From positions 19,161 to 83,160 of the forward strand of contig CAVSZL010000013.1 in assembly GCA_963732435.1 (NCBI GenBank): DNA of 64,000 nt, in the 5' to 3' direction. This document shows positions 53,826-63,499 of this stretch, piece by piece. Made by a program: the position numbers and the translations under genes. The stretch is from an uncultured Bacteroidales bacterium (GTDB lineage Bacteria > Bacteroidota > Bacteroidia > Bacteroidales > VadinHA17). The first letter of the stretch is position 1, and every line of letters starts with the position of its first letter. The notes beneath the pieces were generated by a model, which was not told the DNA's origin, did no database searches, and worked only from the letters and a program-made list of their open reading frames with translations.

Positions 53826-54827
53826 ATGGAGATATTATCAATAAATTCACTTCAGATAGGATATAGTACAGGGAAGGAAAGAAAAATACTTCTTCCTCCT
53901 TTATCAGCGCAGGCAAACAAAGGAGAATTAATTGCCATAATCGGTAGGAATGGCATTGGTAAAAGTACATTGTTAAGAACCCTTGCCGGGCTTCATCCAT
54001 CACTTGGTGGTGAGGTATTATATGAGAAAAAGAATATAATAAACTACTCAAGGATTGATCTCGCAAGGAGAATAGGTTACATATCTACCGAAATAATTAA
54101 TGTTTCAAATATGAGGGTCTACGATCTGGTTGCTATGGGCAGGTTTCCTCATACAAACTGGATCGGGAAAATTGATTCTCTGAACCACGAGTATATAACA
54201 AGCTCAATTGAAAGTACAGGAATGTCATCATTTAGTACCAGGTTTATATCAGAACTGTCAGATGGGGAACGACAGAGAGCCATGATAGCAAGGATATTAG
54301 CTCAGGATACCGGAGTTATGGTGATGGATGAACCAACAGCATTTCTGGATATAGGAAGTAAATATGAGATTTTACATCTGATGCATCTTCTTAGTCAGCA
54401 GCACGAAAAATGCATCATTTTTTCGACTCACGACCTGCAGATGGCAATAAATATGTCAGATAAGATATGGCTTATTACTGACGAAAACCTTAAGGAAGGT
54501 GCACCTGAAGACCTTATGATTGATGGAGAATTTGATCATCTGTTCGATTCATCATTGGTTAAATTTAATTCTGAAAATGGCACTTTCTCATCACAGAGCG
54601 AAGGAGTGGGCAGTATTTACGTTGACGGAGAGGGGATGATGAAATACTGGACTGATAAAGCTTTAAAGAGAATAGGATTAAAAGTTTCTGAAGTAAAAAC
54701 AAATCCTTACATAGTGGTTCCAACTTTGCCTGATAAAAAATGGCAACTGATAAGCAATACTACCAGCGAATCTTATCTGTCAGTTTACGATCTTGTAAGC
54801 AGATTAAGCAGAATAAATGGATTGTAA
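53826..54827 (+). CDS. btuD: ABC transporter ATP-binding protein, BtuD-like
   Basis: GRNGIGKST, LSDGERQR, DEPTAFLD, STHD; likely start ATG 53826. Confidence 0.85.
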   Translation: MEILSINSLQIGYSTGKERKILLPPLSAQANKGELIAIIGRNGIGKSTLLRTLAGLHPSLGGEVLYEKKNIINYSRIDLARRIGYISTEIINVSNMRVYDLVAMGRFPHTNWIGKIDSLNHEYITSSIESTGMSSFSTRFISELSDGERQRAMIARILAQDTGVMVMDEPTAFLDIGSKYEILHLMHLLSQQHEKCIIFSTHDLQMAINMSDKIWLITDENLKEGAPEDLMIDGEFDHLFDSSLVKFNSENGTFSSQSEGVGSIYVDGEGMMKYWTDKALKRIGLKVSEVKTNPYIVVPTLPDKKWQLISNTTSESYLSVYDLVSRLSRINGL

Positions 54828-54828
54828 A

Positions 54829-56247
54829 CTATCTGTAATACTTTTTGTAATTGTCTATAAAGGATGAAATGTCTTCAACGTTAAGCTTTTTAGCAATTAT
54901 TTTCTTATTCCTGTCTAGAATATAAACAAGAGGAGTTGATTGTATATTATAGTAGAAATCAAAATGAGATTTTCGTTGCGGATCCCAACCGTTTATCCAT
55001 TGAAGTTTGTTTTCTTCAATATACTTCGTCCACTTGGTTTTATCTGAGGTTGTACATATTGCAAAAACCTCAATGCTTTCATTCCTGGCCTTATTATAGT
55101 AATCACGAAGTTTTGGTGTTGCCTCTTTGCAATGACCGCAGTCAGGCTCCCAGAAATAAAGAATTGTGAACTCTTTTTCAATATCATAAAGTGAGACAAA
55201 AATTCCTTTATATGAGTCCATAATGAGATTTTCGCCCTTCACGCCAATCAGATTCGGGCGCATCAGCTCAACCTGCTTCCTTAGATCATCCTTAAATTCC
55301 TTTGAAACCCAGTCCGCTTTTCCTGAAAGATAAATATCATCAGCCAGCTTGACAATTACCGCATCATGTCCCATAATCTCACTTGTTCTGAAATGATTGA
55401 AAAGAAATACAGCAACAAACTGATACACTTTATAATTTTCCTTGCATTTAAGCATTATCTTATCTATTTCTTTATTAATCGAGTCTGGCGACTGTATTAC
55501 AACATTTGTAAAGAATGCATTTAATCTGGCTTGCAGAATAGGTGTTCTTAATAATCTTTCATCCGTCAGATCAATATTGTCGAAAAAATGATCTTTATTA
55601 TAATTATAATTCATTACCCATCTTAATGAATCAGGATTCTTTGAGGTGTAGGGAACAGGAAATTCAGGAACCTCTAATGGTAATAATGCCTTTACAAGAG
55701 TTGCGAGAAGATTGCCATTATTAGCATTAATAACACTTTTAAGATAGGCTTTCATCTTATTTTCCTGATCCTTCTGCATTGTGGTAAGTAATTTCAGAGA
55801 GTCAGGATTTTGTTTGTTGCCCTGAATTCTCTTACCTAATGCAGCTGCCTTTTGCTGCATGGACATCCATTTTTTCTGATATTCAACAAAAGCACTGTTT
55901 TCATCAGAACCTTCAAATTTCAAAGTATTAAAATAGTTACTGTATAAACAGCTAACTGTAAATATCTGATCCCGGGAGATTAAGATCTCAAAATACTTCT
56001 TGCCGGGGAGTACAATCATATATATCCCCTGGGGAAGTGGTTCATTGCCTGAAAAAACACAATGACCTCTCTTATCCAAACTGACTGTGTCTTTGATATA
56101 CTGCTTATCTCCAAGGTGGTATGCCAGGTAAACAGAGGAATCCTGGAGACCGTTGATTGTAATGTCAATTTCGTAGCCACTCTTCAGCTGACCGAATGAA
56201 AAGATGGAAATTATTGAAAGAAAGAATGATATAATTGTTATCTTCAT
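54829..56247 (-). CDS. Exported thioredoxin-like (TlpA/AhpC-TSA) protein with N-terminal DUF4369/DUF5106-like regions
   Basis: Signal peptide, RLLRTP, FWEPDCGHC, STP..YILD. Confidence 0.8.
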   Translation of the reverse strand: MKITIISFFLSIISIFSFGQLKSGYEIDITINGLQDSSVYLAYHLGDKQYIKDTVSLDKRGHCVFSGNEPLPQGIYMIVLPGKKYFEILISRDQIFTVSCLYSNYFNTLKFEGSDENSAFVEYQKKWMSMQQKAAALGKRIQGNKQNPDSLKLLTTMQKDQENKMKAYLKSVINANNGNLLATLVKALLPLEVPEFPVPYTSKNPDSLRWVMNYNYNKDHFFDNIDLTDERLLRTPILQARLNAFFTNVVIQSPDSINKEIDKIMLKCKENYKVYQFVAVFLFNHFRTSEIMGHDAVIVKLADDIYLSGKADWVSKEFKDDLRKQVELMRPNLIGVKGENLIMDSYKGIFVSLYDIEKEFTILYFWEPDCGHCKEATPKLRDYYNKARNESIEVFAICTTSDKTKWTKYIEENKLQWINGWDPQRKSHFDFYYNIQSTPLVYILDRNKKIIAKKLNVEDISSFIDNYKKYYR

Positions 56248-56365
56248 CTTAGTAGAAAATTTGTAAGAATTAGCAAAATTAGCTAATGCAATTTCTTTGC
56301 CAAAGTATGTAAGATAAATATTTAGAAAATATATTGTACTTTTGATCTGACAATTCAGATGGATA

Positions 56366-57328
56366 ATGACATTATCACTACTTATTCCCGTACATAATTA
56401 TGATCTCATTGCACTGGTTCACATAATGAAGAGTGCTATCGGCAAAGTACCTGAATTCATTGAAATACTTATTGGAGATGATGGTTCTTCGCCCGAATTC
56501 AGGGAGAAGTTTCTGTCGCTCGAGGATAAAAATGTCAGAGTTATCGTATCGGAAAAAAATATTGGAAGAGCTGCTATTAGAAACAGACTTGCACTCGAAG
56601 CTAAAGGAGATTTTTTATTATTTGTTGATGCAGATGTAATGCTTACCGGTACTGCAGAATCTTATATATCCAAATGGATACCGTACCTTAGTATATATGA
56701 TGTCATATGTGGCGGAACTCTTTATCATGACACTGCTCCGGGCGACCCTGATAAACTCTTACGATGGAAGTATGGTAAGTGGAGAGAACAACGCAAAGCA
56801 ACTGACCGGAATAAAAATCCCTATGCAAGCTTTTCAACATTTAATGTACTTATTAATAAAACCGTCTTCTCCAAGATCCGGTTTAATGAAGAGTTGAAGC
56901 AATATGGACATGAGGATACCTTATTGGGCTATCAGTTAAAAAAAGCCGGTGTCAGAATAATGCATATTGATAATGGTCTGATGCATGAGGGACTTGAAAC
57001 AAACAAAGAATTTCTTAACAAGACGAAACTTGGTATAGAAAACCTTAGCATACTGTATGATAATGTTACCGATAAAAAAGCTTTTTCACAAGCAGTACTG
57101 CTAATCAGGGTTTATCGAAGATTGAATTTCCTTAGACTGACACGTCTATTATCTGCTGTTTTTATCAGATACCGTGACCGAATGGAGATTAAACTTGACT
57201 CGACTAAGATCTCTTTAATTCTGTTTGGCTTTTATAAAATGAGTATGTTCTGTACTTATCGGGCTATTCATCTGAGAAAGAGAGTAATTCCGGTGTTTAA
57301 ATTTAAGAATCAGACTCCTTTTGTATAA
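56366..57328 (+). CDS. GT2 glycosyltransferase
   Basis: SLLIPVHN, DDGS, NIGRAAIRN, FVDAD, YGHED. Confidence 0.88.
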   Translation: MTLSLLIPVHNYDLIALVHIMKSAIGKVPEFIEILIGDDGSSPEFREKFLSLEDKNVRVIVSEKNIGRAAIRNRLALEAKGDFLLFVDADVMLTGTAESYISKWIPYLSIYDVICGGTLYHDTAPGDPDKLLRWKYGKWREQRKATDRNKNPYASFSTFNVLINKTVFSKIRFNEELKQYGHEDTLLGYQLKKAGVRIMHIDNGLMHEGLETNKEFLNKTKLGIENLSILYDNVTDKKAFSQAVLLIRVYRRLNFLRLTRLLSAVFIRYRDRMEIKLDSTKISLILFGFYKMSMFCTYRAIHLRKRVIPVFKFKNQTPFV

Positions 57329-57408
57329 TACGAAGCATGATAAAAGAGTATTTATGAATAGTCATTCGTATATCATTTAATCTTAAACAGGGTTTATTTC
57401 CTCCGGGT

Positions 57409-58101
57409 TCAGATGTCAATTCGCATTAAATCCACATTTCCGTCAATTCTTTTTTCACCCTTGAGAACGAAGCTAAATTTGTTAATCAGGGTGCATAGAA
57501 AAAAATCGGTAGGAGGTGAAAAATCTAAATTATCAGGATTAAAAAATCTTTTACCTGAACCTGAAATCAAATCAGAAATTTCTTTTTCATAATAATATTT
57601 TTCATTCTTCAGACCAGCCCTGATGATTCTTGCACAAAGAAGATCTTCTTCGGTTGAGATGGCTGCCCTGTATCCCATGGCAACAAGTGTTACGTGATCC
57701 GGGTTTATCGATTTTATATATCTGACAACAGCGTCTGCATTAACAAGACTTCCTGTTATAATTCTTTCGGCTTTTGTAGCATTAACCAATCCACTGGTCC
57801 CTGCGGTGGTAGTGTGAATTACTGTTTTTCCTCTCAAATCCGTTTTAATTATTTCTGTCGGACTGTTCCCTAAGTCGAATCCTTCAATTTTTTTTTCATC
57901 TCTCTCTCCGATAAGTATCGAATTAGTATATTTTTGCTTAAGATTAAATGCTTCCTCAATACTCTGTGTGGCAATTATTCTTACCGCGCCGGAGTCATAT
58001 GCATAGCAACCAACTGAAAAAGCCCTGAACACATCAATAATAACAACTATTCCTTCTGCACTTTTGGCTCCATTGGTAAACTCAACAATATCTACATTCA
58101 T
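57409..58101 (-). CDS. comB: 2-phosphosulfolactate phosphatase (ComB) family protein
   Basis: VIIDVFRA, GER, FDLGNSP, TTAGT, EDLLCA. Confidence 0.85.
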   Translation of the reverse strand: MNVDIVEFTNGAKSAEGIVVIIDVFRAFSVGCYAYDSGAVRIIATQSIEEAFNLKQKYTNSILIGERDEKKIEGFDLGNSPTEIIKTDLRGKTVIHTTTAGTSGLVNATKAERIITGSLVNADAVVRYIKSINPDHVTLVAMGYRAAISTEEDLLCARIIRAGLKNEKYYYEKEISDLISGSGKRFFNPDNLDFSPPTDFFLCTLINKFSFVLKGEKRIDGNVDLMRIDI

Positions 58102-58306
58102 CTTTATATTATGTTTAAGGTGAAATTAGTAATTTTTTCCTGTGAATATCTTTTTCAACATAAGGTAATTCGTATATTTGATATATAGGAATTACTGTTG
58201 CTTTATTAACATTATTAAAAATAGCTATACTGAATCATTTGTAATCATTGACTTAGAACTGAATCTTCATGATTACCTATACTCAGAATATTAAAATCAA
58301 ATAACT

Positions 58307-59644
58307 ATGGGAAATCCTGTTTCCTGGTCAGAAGACCTGCTTAAGAGATTAAATAAGATTATATGGCATACTCCTTTATCAGAAATATCCAAAGGAAAAG
58401 TTTTCCTTTCCAGGCAACTTAGAATTTTTATCCTGGCTGCACGAGGATTTCTGAACGATAATGTTATGTTGCGTGCTTCTGCCCTGACATTTTATACTCT
58501 GCTTTCAGTAATACCTATTGCTGCTATCGCATTTGCTATTGCTAAAGGATTCGGACTGGATGAAAATCTCGAAAAGTTAATAATTGATGAATTCCATGCA
58601 CACGAAGAAGTTATGAAATGGTTGTTAAATAACGCCAGAAGTGCCCTGGAAGAAACGAAGGGAGGTTATATTGCTGGTGTTGGAATAGTAATACTGTTTT
58701 GGTCTGTTATGTCACTTTTGGGTCAGATTGAGGGTTCGTTTAATCATATTTGGCAAATCAGATCTTCCCGTCCATGGTCAAGGAAATTTACTGATTATAT
58801 AACTATTATGCTTGTTGCCCCGGTTTTTATAATTCTAACCAGCAGTATCTCACTCTTTGTAAGTACTCAACTTACAAATTACATGTTCAATGCCCCGATC
58901 CTTGATTTCTTTAAACCGGTAATCAGCTTTCTGGTTAAACTTGCTCCATATTTTCTTACCTGGCTGGCTCTTACAATTTTATTTATGATTATGCCAAATG
59001 TAAAGGTGAGATTAGGTCCTGCCTTTATTTCTGCCATTATTGCAGGTACAATCCTTCAGATTTTACAATACGTTTATATCGATCTGCAATTTGGCATTAC
59101 CAAATTAAGTACCATATATGGAACATTTGCTGCTGTGCCGTTATTCATCATCTGGCTTCAGAGCAGCTGGATCATTGTACTTCTTGGAGCAGAATTATCA
59201 TTTGCCAACCAGAATATTGCAAGGTATGAGTATGAATCAGATGCTTTAAACATCACCAATTATCAGAAAAAAGCACTTGTGTTATTGATTATGAATCTGA
59301 TTATCAGTAATTTTGCAACAGGAGAGAAGCCTGTTAGCGCCGAAACTATTGCAAGGTCATTGAAGATTTCTATCAGACTTGTCGCAGATATATTGCAGGA
59401 TCTGGTCAGCGTCAATCTTATTTCCATTATACATGAAAATGAACATAAAGAACGATTATTTCAACCCTCCATGGATATTAACAGAATAACCGTAAGTTAT
59501 GTATTTTCATGTCTTGATAAAAGAGATTCAGCACATACTATAGCCATAAAGAGTAAGGAATATGACAGAATTATAAGTATGCTTGATAAATTTGACAGGT
59601 TAATTGTAAAATCTGATTCAAATATTTTAATAAAAGACATATAA
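58307..59644 (+). CDS. YihY/BrkB family membrane protein with C-terminal winged-helix-like extension
   Basis: ASALTFYTLLS, FNHIW, MPN, YGTFAAVP..W, GAE. Confidence 0.88.
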   Translation: MGNPVSWSEDLLKRLNKIIWHTPLSEISKGKVFLSRQLRIFILAARGFLNDNVMLRASALTFYTLLSVIPIAAIAFAIAKGFGLDENLEKLIIDEFHAHEEVMKWLLNNARSALEETKGGYIAGVGIVILFWSVMSLLGQIEGSFNHIWQIRSSRPWSRKFTDYITIMLVAPVFIILTSSISLFVSTQLTNYMFNAPILDFFKPVISFLVKLAPYFLTWLALTILFMIMPNVKVRLGPAFISAIIAGTILQILQYVYIDLQFGITKLSTIYGTFAAVPLFIIWLQSSWIIVLLGAELSFANQNIARYEYESDALNITNYQKKALVLLIMNLIISNFATGEKPVSAETIARSLKISIRLVADILQDLVSVNLISIIHENEHKERLFQPSMDINRITVSYVFSCLDKRDSAHTIAIKSKEYDRIISMLDKFDRLIVKSDSNILIKDI

Positions 59645-59645
59645 C

Positions 59646-60359
59646 CTAACGTTTCCTCTTTTTCTTTTTTTGACTTTCAGGGCTGTAGGTTTCCACATAC
59701 CTTATGAAATCAGTAAATGAATCCCATTTATGAAAAAAATAATGAGGCAGGGGAAGTGTTATATGTTTCGTATTGATCTCTTTTTGCCAGTATCCATTCA
59801 GGTTCTTTGACGGGAATACTCTGTCTGATTCGCTGGTAACAGCATAATCCCATTTAAACCCTGGTTCTTTTTGCTCCATTATACGGTTATATAGCCATCG
59901 TAGTTCGTCATGTAATGATTTGATTGTTCTGTGAGGAATTCTGGCAATATTAGTTTCATAGTTTTTCTTATCACCAAACATTCTTAGATAGAATTTTTCA
60001 ATGTTTACACTGGTAATGTTATTTAATGTTCCCTCAAAAACATTAAGAGGAATACCATATTGATTGTCAGCCGGAACAGGAGTTCCATTCACGGCAATTG
60101 TCAGATCCGGTTTTATACCTGTTTTAAGACTTAAATATTCTGCAGCCCATACTCCCAAAGACCAACCGATAAGAGTAATTTTTTCATATGTTTTCATCTC
60201 AGGAAGAACAAGTGCTTCATCGGCAGAATAATTGTAAAACAGAATAAAATCAAATTCGTCATTACAAAGAGGGGTAAAGACATTTTCATCTGTTCCCCAA
60301 CCTCCATATAAGACAACAAGTTGATTATTTTTCTCCCTTCTTCTGATATAGGTCCTCAT
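59646..60359 (-). CDS. DUF452 / BioG-like pimeloyl-ACP methyl ester esterase
   Basis: GWG.D, GWSLGVW nucleophile elbow, NGT..P...YGIP..VF..TL, DRVFP, PHY.F. Confidence 0.8.
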   Translation of the reverse strand: MRTYIRRREKNNQLVVLYGGWGTDENVFTPLCNDEFDFILFYNYSADEALVLPEMKTYEKITLIGWSLGVWAAEYLSLKTGIKPDLTIAVNGTPVPADNQYGIPLNVFEGTLNNITSVNIEKFYLRMFGDKKNYETNIARIPHRTIKSLHDELRWLYNRIMEQKEPGFKWDYAVTSESDRVFPSKNLNGYWQKEINTKHITLPLPHYFFHKWDSFTDFIRYVETYSPESQKKKKRKR

Positions 60360-60468
60360 GATAAACTATTCAGTTCTCGCAACTTTATAAAGAAATCAAA
60401 GATAATTGAATTTTTAAGCCGGATATTATTAAGTTATATTAATGAGGGGATTATTACTTCTAATAAAA

Positions 60469-60658
60469 TAAGAGGAGAAAGGGAAGTTGCGAAAATCAGA
60501 AACGAGTTTTATACTTAAATAAACCCCGTGTCTACTGTCTGATAAAAGGATGGAACGAAGTTAGCTGGCGCTATACTCTTAAGTTCCTGATGTGAAAGTC
60601 AATGTCTGCAATACAATCCTGTTGATTTTCACTTCTTACCCTTATTTATCTCCTCTTA
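60469..60658 (-). ncRNA. Candidate structured RNA (~190 nt, unclassified)
   Basis: Ends pair (TAAGAGGAGA/TCTCCTCTTA; GAAAATCA/TGATTTTC), internal hairpins, TATATTTG box at 60691-60684, U-rich 3' tail. Confidence 0.45.
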
Positions 60659-60807
60659 ATGCTTTATGCATATAGCTTGGTAACAAATATAGAAAACTAA
60701 TCGGAAAAATCAAAACAATTTTAAAATTTTATTATTATAATCTGCTGATTTTTGATAAAAAAAATATTAAATTTGGTAATATTCAGTAAAAAACTCCTTA
60801 CACATTC

Positions 60808-61656
60808 ATGATCGCAGAACTAGAGAAAATTTCATACGATGATGGTGGTGGTTTCAGAGCTTCATATATTAATGAGGCAGTAGGAATTTGGCACTTTCAT
60901 CCTGAATATGAACTCGTACTGAATACCAAAAGTAATGGAACCCGCATTATTGGAGACAGTGTGGAGCTGTTTGATCAGTATGACATGGTTTTAATTGCAG
61001 GAAACATACCTCACTGCTGGAACTATTACAGGAAGGATGGAATTCTGCCTGAGAAACATGCGATCATGGTGCATTTTAAACTTGAGTCTTTTGGTGATTC
61101 TCTTTTATCACAACATGAAATGCATTCAGTTAGGGATTTGCTTATTGAAGCTGAAAGAGGTATTGTCTATTCTGTTGATGATGCAAAAAAAGCAGAAAAG
61201 TATCTGAATCAGATGACAAATAGTAAGGGAATTGATAAAGTAATTGATTTTTTCAATGTCCTGAGAGTATTGTGTTCTTCAGATAATAAAGGGTTGCTAT
61301 GTTCAGAAAACTACAAACTTGAATATGATGAGAATGGGAATAAGAGGATGACCGACGTTTATACATATATTAGTCAGAACTATTTTAAACCTATTTCCCT
61401 TGAAAAAATTTCCAGGATTGCAAAAATGAAACATTCTACTTTTAGCAGATATTTCAAAAAAAACAGTGGTGCAGGTATAGTTGAATATATTAACAGGGTC
61501 AGGACCAACAAAGCGTGCTACCTTCTGCGTGAAACGACTTACCACGTTCACGATATTGCACGTGAATGCGGATTTGGAAGCATCTCAAATTTTAATAAGC
61601 AGTTCCGGAATGCTGAAAAACTATCACCAACGGAATACAGAGATCAGTTCAAATAA
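60808..61656 (+). CDS. AraC-family transcriptional regulator with cupin domain
   Basis: WHFHPEYEL, G.RIIGD, PHCW; C-terminal FSRYFKK and CGFGSISNFNKQF..SP..YR. Confidence 0.92.
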   Translation: MIAELEKISYDDGGGFRASYINEAVGIWHFHPEYELVLNTKSNGTRIIGDSVELFDQYDMVLIAGNIPHCWNYYRKDGILPEKHAIMVHFKLESFGDSLLSQHEMHSVRDLLIEAERGIVYSVDDAKKAEKYLNQMTNSKGIDKVIDFFNVLRVLCSSDNKGLLCSENYKLEYDENGNKRMTDVYTYISQNYFKPISLEKISRIAKMKHSTFSRYFKKNSGAGIVEYINRVRTNKACYLLRETTYHVHDIARECGFGSISNFNKQFRNAEKLSPTEYRDQFK

Positions 61657-61818
61657 CCTGTCAGCATACTGAAGCTTCCTGATCGATCAATTGTATGATA
61701 AGGCCTGTGATATAAAAATTATCAGTCATTACTGCAGCAGCTTATTTATTATCTTGATTTCAATTTGTAATTTCAGTTGTAAAAATTGAAAAAAAATGTA
61801 TTTTTGCAGCCGGTTAAA

Positions 61819-61892
61819 GGTTCCGTAGCTCAGTTGGATAGAGCAACAGCCTTCTAAGCTGTGGGTCGAGCGTTCGAGTCGCTCCGGAATCA
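61819..61892 (+). tRNA. tRNA-Arg (anticodon TCT)
   Basis: Acceptor GGTTCCG/CGGAATC, D arm AGCTCAGTTGGATAGAGC, anticodon arm ACAGC-CTTCTAA-GCTGT, T loop GTTCGAGTC; CCA not encoded; TATTTTTG box at 61799-61806. Confidence 0.96.
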
Positions 61893-61894
61893 CG

Positions 61895-61930
61895 ATGAGA
61901 GACAGCCAAAAACTGTCTCTCGTTTCATTT
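61895..61930. terminator. Terminator hairpin between tRNA-Arg and pcm
   Basis: GAGAGACAG-CCAAAAA-CTGTCTCTC followed by GTTTCATTT. Confidence 0.75.
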
Positions 61931-61931
61931 G

Positions 61932-62627
61932 TCAATCTGTCGATCTCTTGAACGGAACAAACCTGACTGATGCCAGTCGCGATTCCTTAATTTTCCCGTT
62001 ATTCTTCACAAGAAGGATCAGTTCCTGAACTAACCATGGTTGTCCGACAGGAATAACCAGGCGTCCGTCTTCTGCTAACTGATTAATGAGCGGCTTTGGT
62101 ATTTCACTTGCTGCCGCAGTGACAACAATTATATCAAATGGTGCATGCTCAGGCCATCCATTGTAACCGTCACCTACCTTCCCAATAATATTTTTATACC
62201 CCAGATTACTGAGCGTTGCAGATGATACTTTTGCAAGCTCAGGAATAATTTCAATTGTATATACTGTATCTGCAATCTCCGCCAGAACTGCAGCCTGATA
62301 ACCAGATCCGGTACCAATCTCAAGTACTTTCTTTTTTTTAGTTGGTTTGCAAACCTCAGTCATGTATGCTACTATGTAAGGTTGAGATATGGTTTGCCCG
62401 CTTCCAATTGGTAAAGGAGTGTCATCATATGCCTGATCAATAATGTCTGGTGGAACAAATAAATGTCTCGGGACTTTCCGCAAAGCACTTAATGTTTCAC
62501 TGTCAGTTATTCCACGATCAAGAATCTGAGTCTTTACCATTCTTTCTCTCAAAGTAGTGTATTTATCCTGAATTGGCACCACTATTCCTCCTGTAATGAT
62601 ACATATTATTAGAACCGTAAATTTCAC
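61932..62627 (-). CDS. pcm: Protein-L-isoaspartate O-methyltransferase
   Basis: VPRHLFV, AY.D.PLPIG.GQTISQP, LEIGTGSGY, GDG..GWPE.APFD, FVP. Confidence 0.95.
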   Translation of the reverse strand: MKFTVLIICIITGGIVVPIQDKYTTLRERMVKTQILDRGITDSETLSALRKVPRHLFVPPDIIDQAYDDTPLPIGSGQTISQPYIVAYMTEVCKPTKKKKVLEIGTGSGYQAAVLAEIADTVYTIEIIPELAKVSSATLSNLGYKNIIGKVGDGYNGWPEHAPFDIIVVTAAASEIPKPLINQLAEDGRLVIPVGQPWLVQELILLVKNNGKIKESRLASVRFVPFKRSTD

Positions 62628-62844
62628 AACCTGCTTATTTTATGCAAGATAGTATTTTTTTGTGAAATTAAGATCACCACTATCTAACTCAAGATTCAAA
62701 ACTATTCTGATAATACTTCATATTGTACCAATGGTGATTAGACCTTCGCTCTGATCTAACTAATTATGATTAATTTACAGGCATAACCTTCATCAGGATA
62801 TCTGCCTGATAATATTACAATTATCAGATACTACTAATGTTAGA

Positions 62845-63489
62845 TTATCGGTATCCTACCAGTGAAAGAAATCCCTCTGCAAGAAACCTTATAGCAGGCA
62901 TTATGGGCAGAAAGTTTATTTTTGTTATAGCTGTTGCAATGAGAAGACCAAACAAAAGAAGTGAACCATATTTGTACAATCCATCATATAATTCAGGGAA
63001 TCGTCTTAGCTGATAAAACAGAAGATGCGAACCGTCGAGTGGAGGGAGAGGGATCAGATTAAAAACAAACAGACCCCAGTTTATGTATATTGTGTATAGA
63101 AATACCTCAGAAATAATTTGCAATCCGGATCCCTGATATATGGGCAGTGCAGAAGTATAGACTGAGAATAAAACTGAAATAAACATTGCTAGTACAGCAT
63201 TTGATAATGGTCCTGCAAGAGCTATTTTTATAACATCAGTCTTTGGTTCCCTTAAATTCTGCTCATTGAACTGCACAGGTTTTGCCCATCCAAATCCGGC
63301 AAAAATAAGAAAGATAAAACCAAGAAGATCAATGTGTTTTAATGGATTTAGCGTGACTCGTCCCATGTCTTTTGAGGTAGAATCTCCGCACAAATGAGCA
63401 ACCCATGCATGGCAAAATTCATGAACTGTCAATCCAAGAATAATTCCCGGAAGAAATTTAAGTACCCTGGCAAGATCAAAGTTTTCCAA
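62845..63489 (-). CDS. Site-2 protease (M50) family protein
   Basis: HEFCH, TLNPLKHID, GWAKPV, AGP, NLIPLPPLDG. Confidence 0.92.
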   Translation of the reverse strand: MENFDLARVLKFLPGIILGLTVHEFCHAWVAHLCGDSTSKDMGRVTLNPLKHIDLLGFIFLIFAGFGWAKPVQFNEQNLREPKTDVIKIALAGPLSNAVLAMFISVLFSVYTSALPIYQGSGLQIISEVFLYTIYINWGLFVFNLIPLPPLDGSHLLFYQLRRFPELYDGLYKYGSLLLFGLLIATAITKINFLPIMPAIRFLAEGFLSLVGYR

Positions 63490-63499
63490 AATGATAGTA

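Noticed and set aside
61819-61930. tRNA as integration site of an island or prophage
   Set aside because: No integrase, and I noticed no duplicated tRNA 3' end in the window
61729-61935. 68-aa minus-strand ORF
   Set aside because: It is the antisense shadow of tRNA-Arg and its terminator
62845-63489. Site-2 protease as part of the ECF cascade
   Set aside because: It lies more than 22 kb from the locus and belongs to a widespread family; nothing in the sequence links them
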